Positions 46,079 through 55,351 of a DNA stretch of 64,000 nucleotides are shown in pieces. The translations under genes were made by a program, and so were the position numbers. Numbering within the stretch: the first letter of the stretch is position 1; every line of letters begins with the position of its first letter. Source of the DNA: Minisyncoccota bacterium. GTDB lineage: Bacteria; Patescibacteriota; Minisyncoccia; Phycocordibacterales; UBA1550. The stretch is from assembly GCA_023229865.1 (NCBI GenBank), contig JALNYL010000003.1:22109-86108 (forward strand). Direction: 5' to 3'. Below the pieces are notes generated by a model. The model saw only the letters and a program-made list of their open reading frames with translations. It did not search any database and had not been told where the DNA came from.

Positions 46079-47728
46079 CTAGACGGCAGGGGTGCTTGCC
46101 TTGTGGTTTTGAGGAATCTCAACCACGACCGTGACACCACTATTTACTCCAGCTGACTCAAGATAAAGCATCCCGTGATGAGCCTCGATGATTTCGCGTG
46201 CAATGTAAAGCCCGAGGCCAGGAGTCCCCGCACTTGATCTCTCAGAGTCAATACCTTGATCCATCCCAGAATGACGCACTCCCTCATGCTGAGACTGTTT
46301 AGAGAATGCTTCGATTTGAGAAGAGGTCATCCCCGCGCCCGTATCAGAAACAATGAGACGTATCTTGTGCCCAACAGTGTCATTCATAATAAACACATGA
46401 ACAGAACCATGCGGAGGCGTATACTTGAGCGCATTTTCAAGAATGTGGCGCACTACCTGTTTAAATTTTTTCTGATCAATGGCAATGAAAAAATTGTTGG
46501 GGACCTGCGCATCGAAAACGAAATCAATTTTTGCCGCCTGAATACGCGACTTTGCTTCTGCAAAAATACTCTGAACAAAATCTTTAAAATTTGTTGTTTC
46601 AAAATTAAGCGCCCCTCTCCCCTGCTCGATGCGCGAGATGGTAAGCAAATCTTCTACGAGCTCTACTAATTTCATGTTTGAATCATAAAGCTTTTCTACT
46701 GCGCCGCGAGTGACAGGGACAAGCGTGCCAAACGTCCCTTCAAGCAACATCGAAGTGTATCCTTTTATTATCGTAAGGGGTGTGCGAAGCTGATGTGAAG
46801 CGATAGATACGAATTCTGTCTTTTGCTCTTCCATTTTGCGCAAACGTTCATTTGCGACCTCCATCTCCGCCACGAGACCTTCAATCTTTTCGCGGTCCTG
46901 GATGTCTTTGTAGATGCCACGCATCAAAACAAAGCTGAATTCAATCATAAACAAGAACACGAGGATATTGAGGACGAGGTCGATGCTTCTACTTGAAGTA
47001 AAAATATTGAGGAACAAAAAGAGATTGAGGAGAAGGACTGCCATCTCGACAAGGATGAGCTTGATATCAAAAAGTTGATGCTTAACAATCGCGTAGGAAA
47101 TAATGAGCGGGTAGAGGAACACCGTCATGTTCATGTATGGATAAATATCAATCCCATATACTGGCAAAAAGTTGAACGCGCCACCAGCGAAACTCACGCC
47201 CATCCCAAAGAAGAAAAATTTGATTTTATCTTTAATAAATCTATCTTTGCTTTCTTTGAATCCCTCCCATAGAAGGTAATGACTGTACGCCGTCAGAACA
47301 AAAAACATTGTCGTATATAATGGGTAAAAAAGACCCGGAGGAGAGTCGAAGTAAAACTCCCCAAACACGAAGCGCATATTGTCGATGAAAAGTCCGTCAG
47401 TAAAGTCCGCGATCAAGAGAAGACCAGCGAGTACATAAAAAATCACGAGAACTTTTGTTTTTTCTTTCCCTAAAAATTCATATACAAAGTGCAAAAAAAC
47501 TACAGGAATCAAGATTGCTCCAATGTGCCCAATCTTCCACCACAGAGCCGCAACGTCGGGTGTTAAGGCCCCGCCAACGAAGTAGATACCGAGCCCAAAG
47601 AGAAATACGCAAAAACAAAAAAAGGACCAGAGACGATGAAGCTTATTCTTGCCAATGAACAACATGAGCCCCGCCATCAAACCACTCGTGACAGCAATAA
47701 GAAGTCCTGACAAACTATAAATAGTCAT
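46079..47728 (-). CDS. Sensor histidine kinase with a multi-TM (7TM-type) N-terminus
   Basis: ASHQLRTPL, ENALKYT, DTGAG, GLGL; start moved to ATG 47728. Confidence 0.93.
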   Translation of the reverse strand: MTIYSLSGLLIAVTSGLMAGLMLFIGKNKLHRLWSFFCFCVFLFGLGIYFVGGALTPDVAALWWKIGHIGAILIPVVFLHFVYEFLGKEKTKVLVIFYVLAGLLLIADFTDGLFIDNMRFVFGEFYFDSPPGLFYPLYTTMFFVLTAYSHYLLWEGFKESKDRFIKDKIKFFFFGMGVSFAGGAFNFLPVYGIDIYPYMNMTVFLYPLIISYAIVKHQLFDIKLILVEMAVLLLNLFLFLNIFTSSRSIDLVLNILVFLFMIEFSFVLMRGIYKDIQDREKIEGLVAEMEVANERLRKMEEQKTEFVSIASHQLRTPLTIIKGYTSMLLEGTFGTLVPVTRGAVEKLYDSNMKLVELVEDLLTISRIEQGRGALNFETTNFKDFVQSIFAEAKSRIQAAKIDFVFDAQVPNNFFIAIDQKKFKQVVRHILENALKYTPPHGSVHVFIMNDTVGHKIRLIVSDTGAGMTSSQIEAFSKQSQHEGVRHSGMDQGIDSERSSAGTPGLGLYIAREIIEAHHGMLYLESAGVNSGVTVVVEIPQNHKASTPAV

Positions 47729-47826
47729 GACATATATTATAAGCGAGATATCGTTTATGTCATAGTATTTTTCAGCCAAAAAGAAAAACAAGCAGTACCT
47801 AAGTACTGCTTGTAAAGAACGAACGA

Positions 47827-48966
47827 TTATTTTTTTCCGAAATCCACAGACATCGCGTAGTCGAGCATCATGCAGAGCATCTTCTCATCGACCTTGGGAT
47901 GCTTGGGGTAGTTATCCCCCAGCGCATTGACCAAATTATCGCACTTAAAGATGGTGCCGTGCTTCACATACGGTTGGTAGATCCTGATGTTCTCCGTGAC
48001 CCCGCCCTGAATCTTCGCCAAGAATGGCGTCAGTTTGGAATTGTCCGCAGGGCCATACATGACCCCCGCAATGCGCATATGCGCGAGAGAGACTTCGATG
48101 ACCTCCTTGACCCGCATAGGGTTTTGATCGACAAGATGATACGTCCGATCAGAACTCGGCAACGAAAGGAGCTGGGACAAAACGAGAGCGACCCAATCGA
48201 CGCAAACCATGTTGAGAACCGACGTTTCGGAGCAATCGATGAAAAGCGGGATATTCATCACGCCGTGTTCATCGAATGTCACACCCTTGCTCGCACAGTC
48301 CCCCTGGTCTGCATCCCAGCGCCGACGCCAGCTCTTGAGCATGCGCCAGAACGGAATGAAGAAGCCATAGTAGCTGTGAAAGGTCAGGACCTCGCCATCA
48401 GTAGAGCTACCGAGAACGATAGGCAAACGCGAGATAGTGAAATTAATACTCGGCCAAGCGTGCACGAGTTTCTCGGCGGCGATCTTGGAGCGCTCGTAGG
48501 GGTTGAAAAACTCTTGCCCCACGTCGAGATCAGTCTCGCGAAAGATTTCGGATGTCCCCGAGATGTACGCAGTGCTGATGTAATGGAAGTCCGTGACGCC
48601 AAGGGCATCAGCGAGCTCCAACATGTTTTGCGTACCGACAAAATTGGTCTTCCACACGCTGTCGGCGTCCTTCTCTTCGAAGCTGATCGCAGCTGCGGCG
48701 TGCAGAATCTTGTCGACTTTGCCATACCACTTCGCAACATCCTCGACGGAAAAACCACCGATAGGCAGCGTGATGTCGCCTTCGATTGCGATATCCATCC
48801 CTTCGCGAACCACCGGCAAGATTTTCGCCAGACGTGCTTGCGCATCGTCATCGCCAGAGGGGCGAATCAGATAGAGAATGCGATAGTCATGCTTCTGCAA
48901 AACCATGGCGAGCTCGGAAACAACTTGTCCCGTAACGCCCGTGAGCAAAACGGTATTCTTTTTCAT
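47827..48966 (-). CDS. Extended SDR / thioester-reductase-like NAD-binding protein
   Basis: LTGVTG, HAAA, N..GT, YISTAY, YERSK; AAAGGAG SD. Confidence 0.88.
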   Translation of the reverse strand: MKKNTVLLTGVTGQVVSELAMVLQKHDYRILYLIRPSGDDDAQARLAKILPVVREGMDIAIEGDITLPIGGFSVEDVAKWYGKVDKILHAAAAISFEEKDADSVWKTNFVGTQNMLELADALGVTDFHYISTAYISGTSEIFRETDLDVGQEFFNPYERSKIAAEKLVHAWPSINFTISRLPIVLGSSTDGEVLTFHSYYGFFIPFWRMLKSWRRRWDADQGDCASKGVTFDEHGVMNIPLFIDCSETSVLNMVCVDWVALVLSQLLSLPSSDRTYHLVDQNPMRVKEVIEVSLAHMRIAGVMYGPADNSKLTPFLAKIQGGVTENIRIYQPYVKHGTIFKCDNLVNALGDNYPKHPKVDEKMLCMMLDYAMSVDFGKK

Positions 48967-49088
48967 CTTGAATCTCCTTTGAAAGACCTGCTTAAAAATG
49001 AAAAGAAGTTGACATTAATCAACTTCTTATCTTCTAACTCCGTAAAGAGTTAACCATATTTTTGAGCGAATGTAAATTAACGCCGATT

Positions 49089-50168
49089 TTAAAGGCCTTC
49101 TTTCTTGAGTTCTTCGATGAGTTTTTCTGCAGTGCGAGAAAGTTTCGCAGGGGTTTTCACTTCAAGCTTGATGAAGAGGTCGCCACGGCGCTTGCCATCG
49201 TAGGGTACGCCTTTTTCTTTTACGCGCAAGACTTCGCCTGAAGAAACACCTTTTGGAATCTTGAGTTTAATCTCGCCGTCGAGGGTCTCTACTGAATACT
49301 CTGCACCCAAAATAGCATCGGTGAGTTTTACGGGAAGTGTCATCACAAGACTGTAGCCTTCACGTTTGAAAACCTTGTGTGCGCCTACATGGATGCGCAC
49401 ATAGAGGTCGCCTGGCTTGCCGTTTTGAATAGCTTCCCCTGCTCCCGTAAGACGAACTTGCTCACCGTTTTGGATTCCTGCTGGGACACGAATAGTGATT
49501 TCTTCTTGCTTGCGGATAACGCCCGCGCCCTTACAGGTCGAACATTTTTCTTCGGGCACCTTACCTGCGCCGAAACAAGTAGCACACTCACGCTCTTGTG
49601 CGAATGAGCCAAGGATAGTGCGGACAGTTTCCTGAGTACGACCCTTGCCCTTACACTGCGAACACTCTTTCGTCTTTGTGTTTGGCTTTGCGCCACTGCC
49701 GTTACAAGTATCACACTGCGCTGTTTTTGTAATGCGAACTTTTTCTTCTACACCAAAGACTGCCTCTGAAAATGATATCTCGAGATCAACGGCAACATCG
49801 CGACCGCGACGCGCTTGCTGACGACGTCCACCACCTCCAAAGAAATCGCCAAAGATATCATTGAGGTCAACACCTTCAAAACCTTGTCCGCCGAAGCCGC
49901 CCTGAAAACCACCGAAGCCAGAAGCATCAAAACCTCCCTGCCCGCCAAAGCCCTGATTGGGCCCCGCGCTTCCGTAAGCGTCGTACTGTTGACGCTTCTT
50001 CTCGTCAGAGAGAATGGCGTATGCCTCACTCGCCTCTTTGAATTTCTCGGCATCACCGCCTTTGTCGGGGTGATGTTGGTGCGCGAGTTTACGGAACGCT
50101 TTTTTGATTTCGTCCTGAGATGCGTTTTTTTCAACGCCAAGTGTTTTGTAATAATCTTTTTGTGACAT
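49089..50168 (-). CDS. dnaJ: Chaperone DnaJ
   Basis: HPD J-domain, G/F region, four CxxCxGxG repeats. Confidence 0.98.
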   Translation of the reverse strand: MSQKDYYKTLGVEKNASQDEIKKAFRKLAHQHHPDKGGDAEKFKEASEAYAILSDEKKRQQYDAYGSAGPNQGFGGQGGFDASGFGGFQGGFGGQGFEGVDLNDIFGDFFGGGGRRQQARRGRDVAVDLEISFSEAVFGVEEKVRITKTAQCDTCNGSGAKPNTKTKECSQCKGKGRTQETVRTILGSFAQERECATCFGAGKVPEEKCSTCKGAGVIRKQEEITIRVPAGIQNGEQVRLTGAGEAIQNGKPGDLYVRIHVGAHKVFKREGYSLVMTLPVKLTDAILGAEYSVETLDGEIKLKIPKGVSSGEVLRVKEKGVPYDGKRRGDLFIKLEVKTPAKLSRTAEKLIEELKKEGL

Positions 50169-50186
50169 GTGTTATTGAGTATACCA

Positions 50187-50223
50187 GAAAGGGCGCAAAG
50201 GACGGAGTCCTTTGCGCCCTTTC
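50187..50223 (-). terminator. Hairpin between dnaK and dnaJ
   Basis: GAAAGGGCGCAAAGGAC-GGA-GTCCTTTGCGCCCTTTC. Confidence 0.75.
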
Positions 50224-50249
50224 ACTTTTTACTTTTTACTTTTCACTTA

Positions 50250-52154
50250 TTACTTATTCTCCCCTTCCTTGTACTCTGCGTCATGCACGGTGCCTTCTGC
50301 GCCTGCTGGGTTCTCACCTGCTCCCTGCGCTCCCGCTGCCTGTGCGCTCTCTGACTGCTTCATCATTTCTTCACCAATCTTCGAGAGTTCATCTGAGAGT
50401 TCCTGTGATGCCTTCTTCATCGCTTCTGCATCGGTCCCTGCGCTTGCAGTCTTTGCTGCAGCAATCTTGCCCTCTACGGCAGTCTTAAGATCAGCAGAAA
50501 CTTTGTCACCGTTGTCACGAAGTGCTTTCTCTGCAGTGTAAACCATCTGCTCAAGATTGTTCTTGGTCTCTACGGCAGCGTGCTTGAGAGCATCTTCTTC
50601 AGCATTCATCTCGGCTTCTTTCTGCATACGAGCGATGTCGTCCTTTGAAAGTCCTGAGCTTGCTTCGATACGGATTGATTGCTCCTTGCCCGTGGTCTTC
50701 TCCTTTGCCTTCACCTGGAGAATACCGTTGGCATCCACATCAAACGATACCTCAACCTGAGGAATACCGCGTGGTGATGGTGGAATACCATCGAGGATGA
50801 AACGACCAAGTGACTTGTTGTCAGCGGCCATTGGGCGCTCACCTTGTACAACGTGGATCTCTACTGAGGTCTGGTTGTCCGCTGCTGTCGAGAATACTTG
50901 TGAACGTGATGCAGGGATCGTGGTGTTCTTCTCAATGAGCTTTGTTGCAACACTTCCAAATGTCTCGATACCGAGTGAAAGTGGAATAACATCGAGAAGC
51001 AAAACATCCTTCACGTCGCCCTGGAGAATACCTGCCTGAATAGCAGCACCGATAGCAACCACTTCGTCTGGGTTGATTGAACGATTTGGCTCCTTACCAA
51101 AGAGCTCCTTCACGGCGTTTACAATAGCGGGCATACGAGTCTGTCCACCAACCATGATGATCTCATTGATGTCCTCCTTCTTGAATGGAGATGCGGCGAG
51201 AGCACGCTTGGTAATCTCAATTGACTTCTCAATGTATTCACGAGCGAGATCCTCGAGTGTTGCGCGAGAAATCTTCATGAGAAGGTGCTTTGGACCATCT
51301 GAGCCTGAAGTAATAAATGGAATGTTGATTTCCGCTTCTGTTGTGGTTGAGAGCTCATGCTTTGCCTTCTCTGCGGCCTCCTTGAGACGCTGAAGTGCCA
51401 TCACATCGGTTGAAACATCAATACCTGACTCCTTTTTGAACTCACTCGCAATGTAGCCAATGATCTTCTGGTCGATATCTTCTCCACCCATGTGCACATC
51501 GCCGTCGGTCGACTTCACTTCGATCACATCGCCACCAACCTCAAGTACTGATACGTCGAAGGTACCACCACCAAAGTCGTAGACCACAATCTTCTCATCC
51601 TTCTTTTTATTAAAACCATATGCGAGCGCTGCTGCGGTAGGCTCGTTGATGATACGCTTCACATCAAATCCTGCGATAGTTCCTGCGTCCTTTGTCGCCT
51701 GGCGCTGTGAGTCGTTGAAATATGCTGGCACGGTAATAACCACCTCAGTGATCTTCTCGCCAAGCTTTGCTTCTGCATCTGCCTTGAGCTTCTGGAGGAC
51801 CATCGCTGAGATCTCTTCAGGACGATACTGCTTGTCGCCCATCTTTACCTGCACGCCACCAGTTGCTGACTTTTCCATAGCAAACGGTACGGTCTTCATA
51901 TCACGCTGAACACCCTCGTCCTCGAAGGTATGTCCGATCATACGCTTGATGCCGTAAAGTGTGTTCTGAGGATTGGTTACCGCCTGACGCTTTGCGAGGA
52001 GCCCCACCAATCGTTCACCACTTTTTGAAACTGCAACAATCGATGGTGTCGTGCGTGCGCCTTCAATATTTTCTACGATACGTGGCTCGCCACCCTCAAT
52101 GATAGCAACCGCGCTGTTTGTTGTACCCAAGTCAATTCCTAAAATTTTTGCCAT
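50250..52154 (-). CDS. dnaK: Chaperone DnaK
   Basis: [25 protein letters not shown]. Confidence 0.99.
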   Translation of the reverse strand: MAKILGIDLGTTNSAVAIIEGGEPRIVENIEGARTTPSIVAVSKSGERLVGLLAKRQAVTNPQNTLYGIKRMIGHTFEDEGVQRDMKTVPFAMEKSATGGVQVKMGDKQYRPEEISAMVLQKLKADAEAKLGEKITEVVITVPAYFNDSQRQATKDAGTIAGFDVKRIINEPTAAALAYGFNKKKDEKIVVYDFGGGTFDVSVLEVGGDVIEVKSTDGDVHMGGEDIDQKIIGYIASEFKKESGIDVSTDVMALQRLKEAAEKAKHELSTTTEAEINIPFITSGSDGPKHLLMKISRATLEDLAREYIEKSIEITKRALAASPFKKEDINEIIMVGGQTRMPAIVNAVKELFGKEPNRSINPDEVVAIGAAIQAGILQGDVKDVLLLDVIPLSLGIETFGSVATKLIEKNTTIPASRSQVFSTAADNQTSVEIHVVQGERPMAADNKSLGRFILDGIPPSPRGIPQVEVSFDVDANGILQVKAKEKTTGKEQSIRIEASSGLSKDDIARMQKEAEMNAEEDALKHAAVETKNNLEQMVYTAEKALRDNGDKVSADLKTAVEGKIAAAKTASAGTDAEAMKKASQELSDELSKIGEEMMKQSESAQAAGAQGAGENPAGAEGTVHDAEYKEGENK

Positions 52155-52222
52155 AATATTTTGTGATTACAATTAATGAGACTATTAAATGATTCGACTT
52201 TCTTCTTTGTTCTAAATATCTT

Positions 52223-52849
52223 CTACTCTGTTGGATGCCCAAACGCTTTTACTTTTGCGGGGCGGATTACTTTATTGTGTAAACGATATCCCTTTTGAAC
52301 AACTTCTGAAATAGTATTTGCTTCTTTTTCAGACGGCGTCGGGATCTCCTCTATCGCAACGTGGAGATGGGGGTCAAACGTCTCGCCTGCCTTGCCAATC
52401 TCCGTGAGTCCGCGCGATTCAAGAATAGAATACATTTGAGCGTAAATATATTCAACCCCCTTGCGCCAGTTGGCATCTACCTTCTCCCACGCCTCTTTGT
52501 TGCCAAAGGCCATTGAGAATGAGTCGAGGACAGGAATGAGATCATCCACGAGTCCTTCTGATGCAAATTTGATCATCTCACCACGTCTCGTCTCCTCCTC
52601 TTTGCGGGCATTTGCGAAGTCCGCGCGCATACGCTGCCACCCATCGAGATAGTCCTTTTTCTCCTTCTCGCAGGTCTTGAGCTTCTCGCGAAGCTTCTTC
52701 AAAGCCTGTGCTGGATTCTCCATTTCTTCATCATCCTCGTATTGGAGGTCATCACTATACACAGCGTTTTCTTTTGTGTCAAGTGTGTCGTTTTCTGCCT
52801 CCAAACCCCCTATTTTCTTATCTTTTTCTTCGTTTTCGTTGTTTGTCAT
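52223..52849 (-). CDS. grpE: Nucleotide exchange factor GrpE
   Basis: RMRADFAN, FDPHLH, QKGY..IRPAKV. Confidence 0.96.
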   Translation of the reverse strand: MTNNENEEKDKKIGGLEAENDTLDTKENAVYSDDLQYEDDEEMENPAQALKKLREKLKTCEKEKKDYLDGWQRMRADFANARKEEETRRGEMIKFASEGLVDDLIPVLDSFSMAFGNKEAWEKVDANWRKGVEYIYAQMYSILESRGLTEIGKAGETFDPHLHVAIEEIPTPSEKEANTISEVVQKGYRLHNKVIRPAKVKAFGHPTE

Positions 52850-52970
52850 ATTGGATTCTTATCTTACCATATACCCAAAAAATCAAAAAATTGCTTGGCC
52901 ATAACCCGTATTTCACGCCCTATTTTCCGTAGTTCCCTAGTATATACAAAATTTTAGAGATGTAAATTTC

Positions 52971-52994
52971 AAAAGAAAGGAATCTGATTCTATC
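52971..52994. repeat. Array repeat R0 (degenerate terminal copy)
   Basis: AAAAGAAAGGAATCTGATTC abutting the stop codon at 52995. Confidence 0.6.
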
Positions 52995-53423
52995 TTACTT
53001 AGTTTTTAAATACGTTTTTTCTATTTTTAAAATAGATCCAACAATCATTATCGTATAAAATATTCCAAGAACTAGAAACAAGAAATCCTGACCCATACCT
53101 AGATACCCACCTCCCCCACCCATATATTCAAAAAAGAATGTTGTGGCGATAATAATAACAACCCATTTGCGAGCAAAATTCCACCATGCACGAAAAACTT
53201 GTTCTTTCATCCAGTAGGTAACAAGGGAAAGAAACAACAGAGATAGAGACAAGAATCCCACCAGTTGACCAAGTGATTCAGAGAAAATACTCCCATCTCT
53301 ACAATATTCTGTACCACTTGACCAGACTGCAATATTTTTACATAACCCAAAAGCAACAGGATAGCTGGACACGAAAGAATATACAAAGGCTCCAAGGGCA
53401 GTAAGTAGTACGATTTTTTTCAT
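52995..53423 (-). CDS. Cassette A: 4-TM family protein
   Basis: True start MKKIV at 53423; C..C loop; LSLVTYWMKEQVFRAWWNF. Confidence 0.8.
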   Translation of the reverse strand: MKKIVLLTALGAFVYSFVSSYPVAFGLCKNIAVWSSGTEYCRDGSIFSESLGQLVGFLSLSLLFLSLVTYWMKEQVFRAWWNFARKWVVIIIATTFFFEYMGGGGGYLGMGQDFLFLVLGIFYTIMIVGSILKIEKTYLKTK

Positions 53424-53544
53424 TCCTAACATTATCCCACCATTACACATTAAAAGAAAGAGCGGATTGTTTTCGACAATCCACTCTTTCTTAATTTTGT
53501 CTTTACCAATAGAGTTTGAAAATCAAAGGTACCTGACCGCTTTT
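53424..53544. repeat. Array repeat R1 (long form, 121 bp, with hairpin)
   Basis: Gap-free match to 54780-54900 with about 13 mismatches counted by eye. Confidence 0.92.
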
Positions 53545-53551
53545 CCAAGAT

Positions 53552-53959
53552 TTATATTGCATTTCGACCATGACAAGGTTTCAGATTTTCACAAGTAATG
53601 ACCGCCCCACAAGTAGGGTCAAAATCGCTTATATAATTTGTTGGGATGCTTATTATATAAGCAAGGTAGAGCAGATATTTCCCCAAAACAAACACCACGA
53701 TACCTAATATTATTAATACAAACATCTTAGCCACTCTAACCTCATGCCACAGAATTTGATTCAAACGTTTCTTTTTATACACAAATAGCGACACCAGCCC
53801 CACAGCGAAGAGAGCAAGGGGGGTATAACTTTTTTCAACAGCACACGACTTCAGGTCTATAGTTTTCTCAAGTAGTGGATCCCTGTGATCTAAGAAGGGT
53901 GCACTCATCGCAACCAACGGAAGCAGAAGGAACAAGCCTACTAATAATATTTTCTTCAT
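53552..53959 (-). CDS. Cassette B: signal peptide + 2-TM module homologous to the giant protein's internal module
   Basis: YKKK.L, H.V, YI.DFD.TCG...T.EN..PC shared with 35950-36225. Confidence 0.85.
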   Translation of the reverse strand: MKKILLVGLFLLLPLVAMSAPFLDHRDPLLEKTIDLKSCAVEKSYTPLALFAVGLVSLFVYKKKRLNQILWHEVRVAKMFVLIILGIVVFVLGKYLLYLAYIISIPTNYISDFDPTCGAVITCENLKPCHGRNAI

Positions 53960-54008
53960 TCCTAATATTATCCCACCATTACACATTAAAAGAAAGGATC
54001 CTGTCTCC
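53960..54008. repeat. Array repeat R2 (short form)
   Basis: TCCTAATATTATCCCACCATTACACATTAAAAGAAAGGATCCTGTCTCC. Confidence 0.9.
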
Positions 54009-54779
54009 CTATCTCACGGCGGTATGATCATCATGATAATGCAGTATTCTGTACCCCGACAAGGGAACGAACAAAGGAGATGCTGTTGCTATTAGTGTGC
54101 TTAGCGCAAGTACTATAATTGCAATAATTAACCTCCAACTAATTATGCTTCTGTGGGTTAATCGCCTGAAAGCCAACACGGCAGACCAAAGGAATAAGAA
54201 CAAAAACTGTATGGTTGAGGCACCGACAGATACTAATAGTGCTACAAAGTCACCAGTATTCAAAATTATCGCCGTCAGGGGCACCACATAAATATTTGAA
54301 AGGAAAAATACGGCACTTGCGAAAGATCCGACATACAAAAAGAAACGCGACATCCAACCAGCCTGCTCCTTGTACAATATACTCAAGACCCCCAGTAATA
54401 CATAAGCATTAAAAACAAAGGACACGGTGACAAATCCAAGGAGTAGGTAATCTTTTAAAATATAATCCCAAAAGAAAAGTGCCGAGGGAATTGAGCAAAG
54501 CAAAAGAGTAAACCCCGCTAACGAAGACTGAATCAATGATTTCTCGGTAAATTTAATTTTAGTTCTTTTATCCACAAATAATAGAACTGCTCCGACAAAA
54601 AGAATAAGTGTCGGAAGAAGTGTAGTGTTAAAGAGAAGATAAACACCCATATTACTAATAAATAACTCTGAACCTGGATGCCCGTACATTGGAATATCCC
54701 CACTATACAAAATAGGAGCTGAGTAAGAGATCAGTGGGAATACAAAAATTGAAGTTAATAGCAATAACAACTTTTTCAT
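54009..54779 (-). CDS. Cassette C: signal peptide + multi-TM protein
   Basis: MKKLLL..PL..YSAP N-terminus like cassette B; about 6 hydrophobic helices. Confidence 0.8.
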   Translation of the reverse strand: MKKLLLLLTSIFVFPLISYSAPILYSGDIPMYGHPGSELFISNMGVYLLFNTTLLPTLILFVGAVLLFVDKRTKIKFTEKSLIQSSLAGFTLLLCSIPSALFFWDYILKDYLLLGFVTVSFVFNAYVLLGVLSILYKEQAGWMSRFFLYVGSFASAVFFLSNIYVVPLTAIILNTGDFVALLVSVGASTIQFLFLFLWSAVLAFRRLTHRSIISWRLIIAIIVLALSTLIATASPLFVPLSGYRILHYHDDHTAVR

Positions 54780-54900
54780 TCCTAATATTATCCCACCATT
54801 GCACATTAAAAGAAAGAGCGGATTATCGAAAACAATCCGCTCTTTCGTAATTTTGTCTCTATCAATAGAGTTTGAAAATAAAAGGTACCTGACCGCTTTT
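54780..54900. repeat. Array repeat R3 (long form)
   Basis: Counterpart of R1; overlaps the stop codon of cassette D. Confidence 0.92.
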
Positions 54901-55294
54901 ACTTCTGCAGTGTAATGTATTTTGAAATAATAAGGATGATAGATGTGACGAAAAATAGACCTGAAAGAAGCATCGAGATTGGCTCGATAAACGAAATATC
55001 TCTATTGCTTTTTTCTAAAACAACAAGAATGCTAACAATCAGGAAATAAGCCGGGACAGCAAGAAGAACAAAACGAGTCCAGAAATGAAAGATTTCACCT
55101 CTTAAGGGATATGTAACTAACGAAATAAAAAGCAGAGGAATAAAAATAAAGAAGTAAGAATTTATATTATCTAATGCTTTCCACAGACCCCAGCAGTGCC
55201 CTCCATCCACGCAAAAATTATAAGCCTGTGGTGAATAAATTAAGATTCCAACAGCAAGTCCAATAATACTAAACAATAGAACAGTTTTTTTCAT
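54899..55294 (-). CDS. Cassette D: 4-TM family protein
   Basis: MKKTVLL; CVDGGHC loop; ISLVTYPLRGEIFHFWTRF. Confidence 0.8.
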   Translation of the reverse strand: MKKTVLLFSIIGLAVGILIYSPQAYNFCVDGGHCWGLWKALDNINSYFFIFIPLLFISLVTYPLRGEIFHFWTRFVLLAVPAYFLIVSILVVLEKSNRDISFIEPISMLLSGLFFVTSIILIISKYITLQK

Positions 55295-55347
55295 TCCTAA
55301 TATTATCCCACCATTACACATTAAAAGAAAGGATTCTGACCCCGTTT
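55295..55347. repeat. Array repeat R4 (short form)
   Basis: TCCTAATATTATCCCACCATTACACATTAAAAGAAAGGATTCTGACCCCGTTT. Confidence 0.9.
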
Positions 55348-55351
55348 ACAT

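Noticed and set aside
47899-49053. 384-aa + strand ORF
   Set aside because: Antisense shadow of the GC-rich SDR gene, with no recognisable motifs.
52850-52970. CIRCE operator upstream of grpE-dnaK-dnaJ
   Set aside because: No TTAGCACTC-N9-GAGTGCTAA, and no hrcA in the window.
53424-55321. Shared MCNGGIILG N-terminal peptide
   Set aside because: It is a translation of the non-coding repeat; the MKK ATG gives typical signal or TM starts.
53424-55347. Array repeats as a CRISPR array
   Set aside because: The spacers are whole 400-770 bp ORFs, repeat lengths vary, and no cas genes are present.
53424-55347. Classical integron attC sites
   Set aside because: No convincing RYYYAAC/GTTRRRY boxes bound the hairpins, and there is no intI in the window.
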